64,000 nt of DNA from Blastocatellia bacterium (GTDB taxonomy: Bacteria; Acidobacteriota; Blastocatellia; Chloracidobacteriales; JADJPF01), in contig JANWYG010000022.1 of the NCBI GenBank assembly GCA_025057015.1, positions 26,864-90,863 of the forward strand, in the 5' to 3' direction. Shown here piece by piece: positions 9,862 through 19,956 of the stretch. The position numbers were made by a program, and so were the translations under genes. The first letter of the stretch is position 1. The number at the start of each line of letters is the position of its first letter. The notes beneath the pieces were generated by a model, which saw nothing but the letters and a program-made list of their open reading frames with translations, did not search any database and was not told the DNA's origin.

Positions 9862-11736
9862 CTAGCGGCGCATTAGCTCTATCTGTAAGTTTATTATGGC
9901 AATAGCGGCAGGCGTCACACCTGGAATCCGTGCTGCTTGTCCGAGAGTTTCAGGACGAATACGTGAAAGTTTCTCTACCATCTCGCGTGAAAGACCCGGC
10001 AAGTCGGCATAGTCTAAATCAGCCGGGATCTTCTTTGACTGAGCTCGCAAAACTCTCTCGGCTTGTACTCGGCTTGCGTCTACATATCCGGCATACTTCA
10101 GGTCGTTTACAGCTACGGACAATTCGTCCGGATCGCAGTTGTCTGCTACCTCCCGAGGTAGGAGCATCCTCAGGTGTTCTGGAGCAACTTCCGGGCGCTT
10201 AGCTAGCTGTGAAAGGTAAGTGGATTCGGTCAGTTTGATGCCGAGAACCTCGCAAAAGGCATCTGTGCTACTGTGGCCGAGCACGGCCTTGTGCCGTTGC
10301 ATCAGTCGCTTGAGTTCTTTTATGCGATCTTGCTTGGCTAAAAATGCAGAGTATGCCTCATCTGAAACAAGACCTAGTTTTCTGCCTATAGGTGTGAGCC
10401 TCTCGTCGGCGTTATCTATCCTCAGAAGTAACCGCATTTCTGATCGCGAGGTAAACATTCTGTAAGGCTCGTCTACACCCCGCGATACTAAGTCGTCTAT
10501 TAAAACTCCTATGTAGCTCGATACTCTAGGAAGGACTAGTGGTTCTCTATCGAGACAAAACAGAGCTGCATTGATGCCGGCGATCAGTCCCTGACAGGCA
10601 GCTTCTTCATACCCAGTGGTGCCGTTGATCTGCCCAGCATGAAATAGGCCTCGGACTCGCTTAGTCTCTAGAGAAGACTTCAGTTCTGTAGGGTCAACCA
10701 TGTCGTACTCTATAGCGTATCCAGGGCGTATCATCTCGACGTGCTCTAGACCTGGTATGGCTCTTACCGCTTGTTCTTGTACGTCTAGCGGCAAGCTTGT
10801 GGAGAAGCCGTTCAGGTAGACTTCGTTCGTATCATAGCCTTCCGGTTCGAGGAAAAGTTGGTGACGAGGTTTGTCAGAGAACTTGACCACTTTGTCTTCT
10901 ATGGAAGGACAGTAGCGCGGCCCTATCGACTGTATTTGCCCGCTGTAGAGCGGAGAACGGTCTATGTTTCGTCGTATCACTTCGTGTACACGCTCGTCGG
11001 TGTAGGCTATGTAGCAAGAAAGTTGTTTTTGAGTAATCTTCTTTGTGCGAAATGAAAAGGGAACAGGGGGTTCATCGCCAGGTTGCTCTTCAAACAAAGA
11101 GAAATCTATAGTGCGTCCATCAAGTCTTGGTGGAGTGCCGGTCTTTAACCTACCCATTCGAAATCCGAGGCTGCGAATAGATTGTCCAAGCAGTATCGAG
11201 GCTATTTCTCCTGACCGGCCTGCACTGAACGTGCGAGTACCTATATGAATCGTGCCGTTTAAGAATGTTCCCGTGGCTATCACTACGGCCTTAGCAGCTA
11301 GACGCCTTCCATCCATGAGCTCTACGCCGATAATTCTGCCTTGTTCCACGAGCAGCGAAGTTACTTCACCTTGCCTTAGAAAGAGCTTAGGTACTCGTTC
11401 CAGTAATTGGCGCATCTCTTTACGATAGATGGCTCTGTCGGTCTGGGCGCGTGGAGACTGTACGGCAGGCCCGCGGCTACGGTTAAGTAGCCTAAACTGT
11501 ATGCCAGCTTTGTCTGTGACTTTACCCATTAGGCCCCCCAACGCGTCTATCTCGCGCACTAAGTGCCCCTTGGCTATGCCTCCTACAGCAGGATTGCAGG
11601 ACATCTGGGCTACGAGGTCTAGATTGAGAGTGACCATAGCTGTTCTACAACCCATAACTGCAGATGCATTGGCTGCCTCACAACCAGCATGGCCCGCACC
11701 TATGACTATCACGTCAAACTTCTCGTTGAAGTTCAT
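9862..11736 (-). CDS. mnmG: tRNA uridine-5-carboxymethylaminomethyl modification enzyme
   Basis: [51 protein letters not shown]; ATG 11736 with GAGGA RBS. Confidence 0.98.
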   Translation of the reverse strand: MNFNEKFDVIVIGAGHAGCEAANASAVMGCRTAMVTLNLDLVAQMSCNPAVGGIAKGHLVREIDALGGLMGKVTDKAGIQFRLLNRSRGPAVQSPRAQTDRAIYRKEMRQLLERVPKLFLRQGEVTSLLVEQGRIIGVELMDGRRLAAKAVVIATGTFLNGTIHIGTRTFSAGRSGEIASILLGQSIRSLGFRMGRLKTGTPPRLDGRTIDFSLFEEQPGDEPPVPFSFRTKKITQKQLSCYIAYTDERVHEVIRRNIDRSPLYSGQIQSIGPRYCPSIEDKVVKFSDKPRHQLFLEPEGYDTNEVYLNGFSTSLPLDVQEQAVRAIPGLEHVEMIRPGYAIEYDMVDPTELKSSLETKRVRGLFHAGQINGTTGYEEAACQGLIAGINAALFCLDREPLVLPRVSSYIGVLIDDLVSRGVDEPYRMFTSRSEMRLLLRIDNADERLTPIGRKLGLVSDEAYSAFLAKQDRIKELKRLMQRHKAVLGHSSTDAFCEVLGIKLTESTYLSQLAKRPEVAPEHLRMLLPREVADNCDPDELSVAVNDLKYAGYVDASRVQAERVLRAQSKKIPADLDYADLPGLSREMVEKLSRIRPETLGQAARIPGVTPAAIAIINLQIELMRR

Positions 11737-11871
11737 AACTATCCTCGTACTAACAACCACAGCTTGGAATTATTTCAGATACTGTGACTGCTTGCAATAC
11801 GGAGAAGCCTTTGATGGATTTTCGCTCTTTGCTAGAATGTCACCAAACACCGACAACTTGAGGAAGATAGA

Positions 11872-12066
11872 ATGGAAGCGGCACTCGTCTTTTTGTTTAT
11901 CGGCTTCATAGGGTACGGTCTATGCATTCTCTATCGTGTAGACCAGTTAATTAAGCGGGAAATGACTCTTGAGCGTCTGGAACAGGACAGAGAGCTGCGC
12001 GCTGAAATTGACGCTTTGTGCGATAAGATAGAGGAAGCTTTGAAGATCACCACTAAGAGGCGCTAG
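11872..12066 (+). CDS. Small membrane-anchored hypothetical protein
   Basis: GAGG RBS, N-terminal TM helix followed by a charged coiled-coil-like tail. Confidence 0.6.
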   Translation: MEAALVFLFIGFIGYGLCILYRVDQLIKREMTLERLEQDRELRAEIDALCDKIEEALKITTKRR

Positions 12067-12146
12067 GGGTATGACCTATTTCGCTCAGGCGTCTGCCTGT
12101 CGCCAATGCTTTGAAGATCACCACTAAGAGGCGCTAGGGGTATGAC
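12037..12146 (+). repeat. Exact 39-bp direct repeat (12037-12075, 12108-12146) flanking a 32-bp unique insert
   Basis: GCTTTGAAGATCACCACTAAGAGGCGCTAGGGGTATGAC occurs twice with a period of 71 bp. Confidence 0.95.
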
Positions 12147-14931
12147 TGTCGACAGACTAAAGTATTTCGTGTTTATTTTCTTCGTGTTAAACAGTGCCTA
12201 TCTTGCTGCAACTGCCACACCGTCGATGTTTTATATGAGTAACCTGTTGCTGCACTTGCTGATAGGTGCAGCCCTGCTTGCTGTTTTACTCTTTGTAGTC
12301 AGAAAGAAAATCAAAGACCTCAGACTTGATGACAGTTGGTGGATAGTCACTCTGGTAGCAGGTATCTGCGGTGTGGCCTTACTTTACTTGGGAAATTCAG
12401 CAAAGACCAAATGGATTCTCTACCTACATATAGTACTTTCTGTCGTAGGGCTGCTGCTGTTTGCTCTACGCAAACAGGAAGGCCGCAGGTATCTGCTGTT
12501 TATGCTCTTTGCTGCAGGGCTTGCCGCTATAAGCTTTCGTATCTATGAAGAAAAGTACTATGTTCCGAAGAGGATAGTTAATCCCGAGCAAGTACCGCTG
12601 TCGATGCAAGAGGAAGGAGACGGAGTTGGTTCACCGTTCTTTCCTTCTTCGGCTACCACTAATACCCGTGGCATAATACCGGCAAACTTTTTCCTCACCT
12701 CTGCCAGATGTGGCGAGTGCCACAAGGATATCTACGAGCAATGGAACTCCTCTGCACATCATTTCTCGTCATTCAATAACCAATGGTACAGAAAGTCGAT
12801 AGAGTACATGCAGGAAGTAGTAGGCACGCAACCTTCGAAGTGGTGTGCTGGTTGTCATGATCACGCTGTTTTTTTCAACGGTCGCTTTGATCGGCCTATA
12901 AAAGAACAGATAAATACGCCAGAAGCTCAGGCTGGTCTTGCGTGTACCTCCTGCCATTCGATAGTGCATGTGCGTAGTACCATGGGGCAGGGAGATTTCG
13001 AAATAGAGTATCCGCCGCTGCATGATTTGGCGGTAAGTGACAATCCGATACTTAGGTTTACGCATGACCTGCTGCTAAGAGCAGATCCTGAACCGCACAA
13101 AAGGGCGTTTATGCGACCTTTTTACCGTCTAGACTCAGCACAGTTTTGCTCTGCCTGCCATAAAGTACATCTGGATAAGCCCGTCAATAGCTACCGTTGG
13201 CTGCGAGGATTCAACGAGTACGACAACTGGCAAGCGAGCGGCGTATCTGGCGAAGGCGGTAGATCGTTTTACAGCCCGCCCGAGCCACGCAAGTGTATAG
13301 ACTGTCATATGCCACTTGTACCCTCTAACGATCCGGCTGCTAAGAATGGCATGGTTCGCTCGCATCGATTTCCAGGAGCAAATACCGCTTTACCATACGT
13401 CAACGGTGACGCCGAGCAGTTGAAAGTAGTAACTGATTTTCTGCAATCCAAGCAGGTGACTATCGATATCTTCGCTTTGAGCACCGGTAAGTCAGAGCAT
13501 AAAGCCTTGTCTTCTCAAGAGGGAAGTTTAAGAATGAGCACTAGTTTTGCTGTTGGCGAAGAGTCGCTCGAAACGCCTGCTGCAGTGGTGATTTCTGAGC
13601 CTCAGCAAGTGACTGCTCCGCTTGATAAAGTAGATGCTGTTGTAAGGCGTGGCGACTCAGTTCGGATAGACGTGGTCGTGAGGACACGCAACGTAGGACA
13701 TTTCTTTCCCGGCGGTACAGTCGACGCTTTTGACGTCTGGGTAGAACTGCAAGCAGTGGATAGCAAGGGCAGAATAATCTTCTGGAGCGGTATGGTAGAA
13801 GATGGGGGTCGGGGACCTGTAGAGCCGGGAGCGCACTTTTATAGATCGTTGATGCTAGACGAGCATGGTAATCGTATCAACAAGCGCAATGCTTGGGCAG
13901 CTCGTTCGGTGGCTTATGTGCGACTTGTGCCTCCAGGTGCTGCGGATACTGTCCGATATAGATTGAACGTGCCCAATGACTGCGGAGACGAGATTATTCT
14001 TAAAGCGAAGCTTAACTATCGCAAGTTTAGCTGGTGGAACACTCAGTGGGCGTATGCCGGTATACGAGATCCGCAACAGAAAAATTACTCGGTTGCTCCT
14101 GGACACGACGATGGTAACTGGGTATTTACGGGAGATACCTCGCAAGTCTCCGGCAAACTAAAGTCTATACCTGACCTGCCGATAGTGACTATGGCGTCGA
14201 GTGAAGTAAAACTCAGAGTAATAAACGCAAACTCCCCGCTACCAGCTCCTAAAGTCTATCTCGATGAGTCAGTTCGTGAGCGCTGGAATGACTATGGTAT
14301 AGGTCTGCTGCTACAAGGTGACATAAGAGCTGCCGAGGAGGCTTTCTTAAAGGTAACGCAGATGGATCCAGAGTATGCCGATGGGTGGGTAAATGTGGCT
14401 CGTGCTAGACTGCAGGAGGGAAGACTTGAGGCTGCACGAGAGATGCTTCTTAAGGCGCTGCAGCTTGAGCCCGAACTTGCAAAAGCACACTTCTTCCTAG
14501 GTCAAGTATTAAAAGCCGACGGACAGTACGATGAGGCTTTAAAACATCTCCGACTTGCCTTAGCTAAGTTTCCTCGTGATCGGGTTATGATAAACGAAAC
14601 CGGTCGCGTGCTATTTCTCAAACGGCAGTATCGCGAAGCAGTAGAAATGTTTAAACGGACGCTGGCGATCGATCCTGAAGACCTGCAAGCACATTATAAC
14701 TTGATGCTCTGCTACCGTGGTCTCGGAGAGACTGCTCTAGCTGAACGTGAAGAAAAGCTCTACCGAAGGTTCAAAGCCGATGAGTCAGCTCAATCGATTA
14801 CGGGGGAGTTCAGGAGGCTCAACCCAGAGGATAATAACGAACGCCAGAGCATTCATGAGCATAAGTCTGTACCTGCCGAAAAAATAGCCAACTGGAGTAA
14901 AGAAGAAAGGTATAACATTGCACAGAGATGA
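12142..14931 (+). CDS. Membrane-anchored pentaheme cytochrome c (c554/c552-like) with C-terminal TPRs
   Basis: About 5 N-terminal TM helices; CGECH, CAGCH, CTSCH, CSACH, CIDCH; TPR repeats near the C-terminus. Confidence 0.88.
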   Translation: MTVDRLKYFVFIFFVLNSAYLAATATPSMFYMSNLLLHLLIGAALLAVLLFVVRKKIKDLRLDDSWWIVTLVAGICGVALLYLGNSAKTKWILYLHIVLSVVGLLLFALRKQEGRRYLLFMLFAAGLAAISFRIYEEKYYVPKRIVNPEQVPLSMQEEGDGVGSPFFPSSATTNTRGIIPANFFLTSARCGECHKDIYEQWNSSAHHFSSFNNQWYRKSIEYMQEVVGTQPSKWCAGCHDHAVFFNGRFDRPIKEQINTPEAQAGLACTSCHSIVHVRSTMGQGDFEIEYPPLHDLAVSDNPILRFTHDLLLRADPEPHKRAFMRPFYRLDSAQFCSACHKVHLDKPVNSYRWLRGFNEYDNWQASGVSGEGGRSFYSPPEPRKCIDCHMPLVPSNDPAAKNGMVRSHRFPGANTALPYVNGDAEQLKVVTDFLQSKQVTIDIFALSTGKSEHKALSSQEGSLRMSTSFAVGEESLETPAAVVISEPQQVTAPLDKVDAVVRRGDSVRIDVVVRTRNVGHFFPGGTVDAFDVWVELQAVDSKGRIIFWSGMVEDGGRGPVEPGAHFYRSLMLDEHGNRINKRNAWAARSVAYVRLVPPGAADTVRYRLNVPNDCGDEIILKAKLNYRKFSWWNTQWAYAGIRDPQQKNYSVAPGHDDGNWVFTGDTSQVSGKLKSIPDLPIVTMASSEVKLRVINANSPLPAPKVYLDESVRERWNDYGIGLLLQGDIRAAEEAFLKVTQMDPEYADGWVNVARARLQEGRLEAAREMLLKALQLEPELAKAHFFLGQVLKADGQYDEALKHLRLALAKFPRDRVMINETGRVLFLKRQYREAVEMFKRTLAIDPEDLQAHYNLMLCYRGLGETALAEREEKLYRRFKADESAQSITGEFRRLNPEDNNERQSIHEHKSVPAEKIANWSKEERYNIAQR

Positions 14932-16703
14932 GGTTTCTATCTTTTGCACTTGTCGCTATCTGCACACTTACCTCTTGCAAGAGTAAGCAGGAGGGTATTT
15001 CTCAGGAAGTGGCACGAGAAGAGCGCAGAAGTGCAGCTACGGTTGAAGTTGCTGCCTCTGCATCAACTTCTACAACTACGCAGCATTCTCTTGCGCCCGT
15101 GACTTTTGTTGATGTGACTGCCGAGGCTGGGTTGAACTTTCGCCATGTAAGTGGCGCCTTTGGCAAGAAGTACCTGCCAGAAACTATGGGCTCAGGCTGT
15201 GCTTTTCTAGACTACAACGGCGATGGCTGGCAAGACATATTCCTCGTGAACTCCACTTCTTGGCCTGAGCGCAAAGGCCTTAGGGGATATCTAGCACTTT
15301 ACAGAAACGATCGCAACGGTCGGTTCACAGATGTGACTGAAGAAACAGGCCTGAAGGTGGAGCTCTATGGCATGGGTGTAGCTGCTGGCGATTATGATAA
15401 CGACGGTGACGTCGACATTTACGTCACAGCTCTAGGTCAAGACAGGCTATTTCGCAACAATGGGGGTAGCTTCGAGGATGTAACCTTAGCGGCAGGTATA
15501 GTGGAGTCCGATTTTGGTACCAGTGCTGCTTGGCTCGATTATGATCGAGATGGCTTGCTAGACCTATTTGTTTGTAACTACGTCGAGTGGTCTGTAGATA
15601 AAGACCTGTTTTGCACGCTCGACGGTAAGACTAAGTCGTACTGTAAACCTGAATCCTACAAGGGTCAATCACCGAGGCTTTATCGAAATCTTGGTGAAGG
15701 GCGCTTTCAAGATGTAACCGCTGCGGCGGGTCTGAAAGATGCTACCTGTAAGGCGCTGGGCGTGACCGTCCTTGATTACGACAGGGACGGCTGGCCAGAT
15801 ATCTTCGTGGCGAATGACACAGAGCCTAACAAGCTTTATCACAACGAGCGAGACGGCAAGTTTTCCGAACAAGGCGTGGCAGCAGGCGTAGCGTTTAGCG
15901 AGGCTGGTCTTGCCCGTGCGGGGATGGGTACTGATGCAGCTGACTATGACGCCTCGGGCTATCCAAGCCTCATAGTGGGAAATTTTTCAAACGAGATGTT
16001 GGCTGTTTACCATAATGAGGGTACCGGACTATTTATAGATGAGGCTCCAACGTCGAATATAGGCCGGGCGACGCTTCTTTCGCTTACTTTCGGCTGCTTT
16101 TTCTTCGACTACGATTTGGATGGACGGGAAGATATCTTCTTAGCAAATGGGCATGTTGCCGATGATATCAACAAAGTGCAACCCAAGATAACCTATGCTC
16201 AGCCTCCGAAGCTGTTTCGTAACCTGGGTAGAAGACAGTTCGAGGATAAATCAAGGAGCGTGGGCGAGGATTTTAGCCGGCCTTTGGTAGCGCGAGGTGC
16301 TGCTTATGGCGACTATGATAATGATGGAGACCTGGACATTCTGATAAGCTGTAATAATGGTCGTGCTAGGCTCTACCGAAATGAGTTTGGCAACCAGAAC
16401 AATTCTATCAAGGTGAAGACCATAGGGACCAAAAGCACGAGGGATGGTATAGGAGCAGTAGTTACGGTGAAGCTTGAGGATGGAACTTTACAGTGGAAGA
16501 CGGTAAAAACTGGATCAAGCTACTGTTCACAGAGTGAGTTACCCGTGACCTTTGGTCTAGGTCGAGCCGAACGTGTGGCGCTTGTGGAAGTAAAATGGCC
16601 TAGCGGTAGGGTGGACCAGTTTCTGGATTTAACCGCAGGCCGAATGTTAGTAATCAAAGAGGGCGAAGGAATAGTAAGTACCATAGGTTTTACAAAGGGG
16701 TAA
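14928..16703 (+). CDS. CRTAC1-family FG-GAP/ASPIC-UnbV lipoprotein
   Basis: Lipobox-like LTSC; repeated DYDNDGDxD motifs; C-terminal SSYCSQS..FGLG..WPSG; ATGA overlap with the upstream gene. Confidence 0.9.
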   Translation: MRFLSFALVAICTLTSCKSKQEGISQEVAREERRSAATVEVAASASTSTTTQHSLAPVTFVDVTAEAGLNFRHVSGAFGKKYLPETMGSGCAFLDYNGDGWQDIFLVNSTSWPERKGLRGYLALYRNDRNGRFTDVTEETGLKVELYGMGVAAGDYDNDGDVDIYVTALGQDRLFRNNGGSFEDVTLAAGIVESDFGTSAAWLDYDRDGLLDLFVCNYVEWSVDKDLFCTLDGKTKSYCKPESYKGQSPRLYRNLGEGRFQDVTAAAGLKDATCKALGVTVLDYDRDGWPDIFVANDTEPNKLYHNERDGKFSEQGVAAGVAFSEAGLARAGMGTDAADYDASGYPSLIVGNFSNEMLAVYHNEGTGLFIDEAPTSNIGRATLLSLTFGCFFFDYDLDGREDIFLANGHVADDINKVQPKITYAQPPKLFRNLGRRQFEDKSRSVGEDFSRPLVARGAAYGDYDNDGDLDILISCNNGRARLYRNEFGNQNNSIKVKTIGTKSTRDGIGAVVTVKLEDGTLQWKTVKTGSSYCSQSELPVTFGLGRAERVALVEVKWPSGRVDQFLDLTAGRMLVIKEGEGIVSTIGFTKG

Positions 16704-16717
16704 TAATCTCTCGCTCG

Positions 16718-17509
16718 TCAAAAATCTACCGAGAACCCTAGCTGCAGCCCTACTCGTGGGCTAGACGGAAAATTACCACCGACTATTAGTCCAAAGTCGA
16801 GGGAAAGGTTGTCCCGTAGGAAGTAATTGCCTCCAAACTGCAGTTGTAATTGTCCTTTGCCTAGGTTGGCGTTGCGAGCAACGGCCCCAAATACTTCTCC
16901 GCCTAGTTGGAGCTTAGGGGTTATTTCTTTGACTAAAGATGAGCCGCCTGTGAGAACCAGACCTCTTGTGTTTATCCCTATGACGCCGGTGAGAGTATTG
17001 CCTGATAAGATTACACCTGAATTAGCTCGTAGCGTAAGGGTCTCACTAAGTGACTTTTGTAATATGTAATTTAGAAAGAAATCTTCCACACCAGAGCCTA
17101 ATTGTTTACTGACGTCGCCTGTAGGTATTTCTAAGTTGAAACTGAGAGACATTGCTGGATGGCGTTTGCCTTCTTGTTCTTTGAGGAAATTATATTTGAT
17201 AGAGAAATTGGTATCTCCTATTCCGAAGGGAGTTTGGGGCATAGTTCCTTTTTCGTTGAAGATAGTTATTAGCGGGCACTCTATACCTATCTCAACATTC
17301 TTAAAGATGCCGTAGTTTAGTTCAAAACTCGAAGTGTTTTGCCTTAAGTTGGGGGAAGCTGAAGGGTTTAGAAAGTCGAATTCGTTACTGAACTCGAAGT
17401 GTAATTTGCGGTGTTCTGTAACGTCTGCATCGTCTGTAAGAAAGGGTTGTTGAGCCAGTGCCACCGTTTGCCATAGTAGAAGCAATATGAGTGAGTACCT
17501 ATGACGCAT
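16718..17509 (-). CDS. Putative outer-membrane beta-barrel 'transporter' (phenol MetA-degradation-like family)
   Basis: Signal peptide from ATG 17509, PFLTDDA, GIGD...KYNF, PTGD....LGSG, terminal Phe. Confidence 0.75.
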   Translation of the reverse strand: MRHRYSLILLLLWQTVALAQQPFLTDDADVTEHRKLHFEFSNEFDFLNPSASPNLRQNTSSFELNYGIFKNVEIGIECPLITIFNEKGTMPQTPFGIGDTNFSIKYNFLKEQEGKRHPAMSLSFNLEIPTGDVSKQLGSGVEDFFLNYILQKSLSETLTLRANSGVILSGNTLTGVIGINTRGLVLTGGSSLVKEITPKLQLGGEVFGAVARNANLGKGQLQLQFGGNYFLRDNLSLDFGLIVGGNFPSSPRVGLQLGFSVDF

Positions 17510-17628
17510 ATATGGATAATAAGTCGGAATTTTACACCTAAAAAGCAAAGATTCAAGTTGACGTTTACGAGAGACTAGCTTACAACAAAAACTTCTTTGG
17601 CATGCGTTAGGAATGGAGGTAGTACGAG

Positions 17629-19029
17629 GTGGTAGAGCAGAAAGCAAAATCGACGGTAACACCGGAGTTACTCGATCGCCTGAGGATGCAGGTCAGATCT
17701 AATCCGCAGACTGCTACCGAGGTGATAGACCAGCTCAAGGCACCCGATGCTGCAGAAGTAATAAATGATCTCCCGCTTGAAGATGCTGCGCTGACTATAA
17801 GTATGTTGCCAGTGGAAGAAGCGGTTGCGCTTTTCAACGAGCCCAGTCTAGAGCGTCGTCATGAAATCCTGGCAAAGTTTGAGCTAGAGCGTGCGGCTGC
17901 TATTCTTAGTGAAATGTCTTCGGACGAGCGAGCCGATGTAGTCCGTAGACTGGAGATGAAATACCGGGAGCAGGTATTACCGCTTCTGCCTGAGAGTGTC
18001 CAGAACGAAATAAAGTTTCTACTTCAGTTCCCTCCAACAACCGCTGGTGGGATCATGTCGACGGAGTTCATCCGTATAGGGCCTGATATCTCTGTGTCAG
18101 AGGCGCTTAATCATATACGGGCTGTCAGTAAGCGGCGGCTGCATTTTTACTCTATCTATGTGTTAGACGAAGATGGGAGCTTGCTAGGTGCTTTGTCGGT
18201 ACGGGATCTCTTGGTTGCTAATCCACATAGCTCGATAAAGCAAGTAATGCGTCGCTATCCTATATCTGTAAATTGTATGGATGATCAGGAGCTTGTGGCC
18301 CGCAAGCTGGCTAAGTATAACCTGCTTGCGGTCCCAGTGGTAGATGACAAGGGTCGCGTGCTCGGATACGTCACGGTGGATGATGCACTAGATGTGCTCG
18401 TAGAAGAACACACTGAAGATGTGCAAAAGATGGGCGGTATGGAGGCACTAGACGAGCCTTATATGACCACACCACTTTTCAGTTTAATAAGAAAGCGGGC
18501 AGGTTGGTTAGTGGTGCTATTTTTAAGTGAGATGCTCACGGCTACAGCCATGGGGTATTTTGAAGATGAGATAGCAAAGGCTGTAGTGCTTGCTCTTTTT
18601 GTACCGCTAATTATTTCTAGCGGGGGTAATTCTGGCTCGCAGGCGGCTACCTTGATCATCAGAGCGCTCGCTCTGGGCGAAGTCACGCTGAGAGATTGGT
18701 GGGTCGTTATGAGGCGTGAGATATTTTCAGGACTCACATTAGGCACTATTCTTGGCTCCATCGGTTTCTTGCGAGTGGCCATGTGGTCAGTCTTCACGGA
18801 CGTCTACGGGCCACACTGGTTGTTTATAGGAGTTACTATCTTTCTCTCGCTTATAGGTGTTGTTTTGTGGGGTACGCTTTCTGGTTCGATGTTGCCATTT
18901 ATTCTGAAAAAATTAGGTTTTGATCCAGCTACTTCATCTGCACCGTTTGTCGCCACGCTAGTTGATGTCACTGGTATAGTTATTTACTTTACCGTTGCTG
19001 CTTTCGTGTTAAGCGGTAAGCTTTTGTAG
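17629..19029 (+). CDS. mgtE: Magnesium transporter MgtE
   Basis: TAGGIM, CBS pair, PLIISSGGNSGSQ, DPATSSAPFVATLVDVTG. Confidence 0.96.
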   Translation: MVEQKAKSTVTPELLDRLRMQVRSNPQTATEVIDQLKAPDAAEVINDLPLEDAALTISMLPVEEAVALFNEPSLERRHEILAKFELERAAAILSEMSSDERADVVRRLEMKYREQVLPLLPESVQNEIKFLLQFPPTTAGGIMSTEFIRIGPDISVSEALNHIRAVSKRRLHFYSIYVLDEDGSLLGALSVRDLLVANPHSSIKQVMRRYPISVNCMDDQELVARKLAKYNLLAVPVVDDKGRVLGYVTVDDALDVLVEEHTEDVQKMGGMEALDEPYMTTPLFSLIRKRAGWLVVLFLSEMLTATAMGYFEDEIAKAVVLALFVPLIISSGGNSGSQAATLIIRALALGEVTLRDWWVVMRREIFSGLTLGTILGSIGFLRVAMWSVFTDVYGPHWLFIGVTIFLSLIGVVLWGTLSGSMLPFILKKLGFDPATSSAPFVATLVDVTGIVIYFTVAAFVLSGKLL

Positions 19030-19862
19030 CCTAGTCTTGAGAGTCTATAAGCCTCGTAGTACTTCCCAGGAGTTACCCCGACGAGTTTTTTAAAGTGTCT
19101 AGTAAAGTGACTCTGATCTGCAAATCCCGTGGAGTAAGCAGCTTCTGCTATTGAGGCCCCGTTTCTGATCAACTGTTTGGCGTGATGAATCCGTATTTGC
19201 TCCAGATACGCGTGAGGCGGCAAGCCTACCTGCCTATGAAAAACCCGCGTTAAGTGATATGGACTCAAACCGGAAAGCTGTGACAATTCCTTTAGAGAGA
19301 CGTTGTAGTCATAATGCTCATTAAGAAAGTCTTTCACTAGTTTGACAGCAGCTATTTCCTTGACTAGGGGGACAGAAATTTTTTTGCTTTCCGAATACTT
19401 TAGAAGCTCGGCCATAGTGACTGTAAACACCGACTGACGTTGAAGAATAGAGTTACTGCCTATGAGTACCAGGTGGAGGTATCTGAGCTTGTTAGCAAGC
19501 TTTGAGTCATATATAACCGGTTGAGAAAAGAACGGTAGGGTGGGAAGCTCTGGGAGTGTGTCATTCAGGGTACTAGGATCTATATAGAAAACGCGAAACA
19601 CCCACCCTTGCTCAGTGGCTCCTTGTCCAGTATGTACTTCTTCGGGGTTAAAGACTATTACCGTTCCTGCTGGAGCTATATGATTAGCTCTCCTATAGAA
19701 AAACTTTTCTGCTCCGCTTTCTATCACTCCTACAGTGAATCCCGTGTGAGTGTGCTTGGAGAATGAGAAGGTAACGTATTTTGCATATAGCAGTTCTAAG
19801 TTACCTATGTCATTTGCAGAGAAATATTCAGATATTTCGGTTGGTTTGTCCGAGATCTTCAT
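18984..19862 (-). CDS. AraC-family transcriptional regulator (cupin + HTH)
   Basis: FSKHTH, NPEEVHTG, LSPYHLTRVF, GFADQSHFTRHFKK..GVTPG; 3' end overlaps mgtE by 46 bp. Confidence 0.93.
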   Translation of the reverse strand: MKISDKPTEISEYFSANDIGNLELLYAKYVTFSFSKHTHTGFTVGVIESGAEKFFYRRANHIAPAGTVIVFNPEEVHTGQGATEQGWVFRVFYIDPSTLNDTLPELPTLPFFSQPVIYDSKLANKLRYLHLVLIGSNSILQRQSVFTVTMAELLKYSESKKISVPLVKEIAAVKLVKDFLNEHYDYNVSLKELSQLSGLSPYHLTRVFHRQVGLPPHAYLEQIRIHHAKQLIRNGASIAEAAYSTGFADQSHFTRHFKKLVGVTPGKYYEAYRLSRLGYKSLPLNTKAATVK

Positions 19863-19956
19863 ACTGTAAAAAAACAGCAAAAACGTACAAGACGGATAAG
19901 TTCATAGAGCTTATCATAGAAGAGATGAGGTGAAAATTTAATTTAGGGAGAAACAG

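Noticed and set aside
9862-12140. oriC next to mnmG
   Set aside because: No DnaA-box cluster or AT-rich unwinding element seen; the intergenic gap is only about 135 bp.
12037-12146. CRISPR array
   Set aside because: Only two repeats, no cas genes or leader, not palindromic, and the repeat is a stop-RBS-start junction. Kept as a duplication finding instead.
17510-17628. M-box (ykoK) riboswitch upstream of mgtE
   Set aside because: The intergenic region is only about 120 bp, AT-rich and shared with a divergent gene; no recognisable aptamer or terminator.
17510-17662. N-terminal extension of the 16718-17662 ORF
   Set aside because: It overlaps the mgtE start; the signal peptide begins at ATG 17509.
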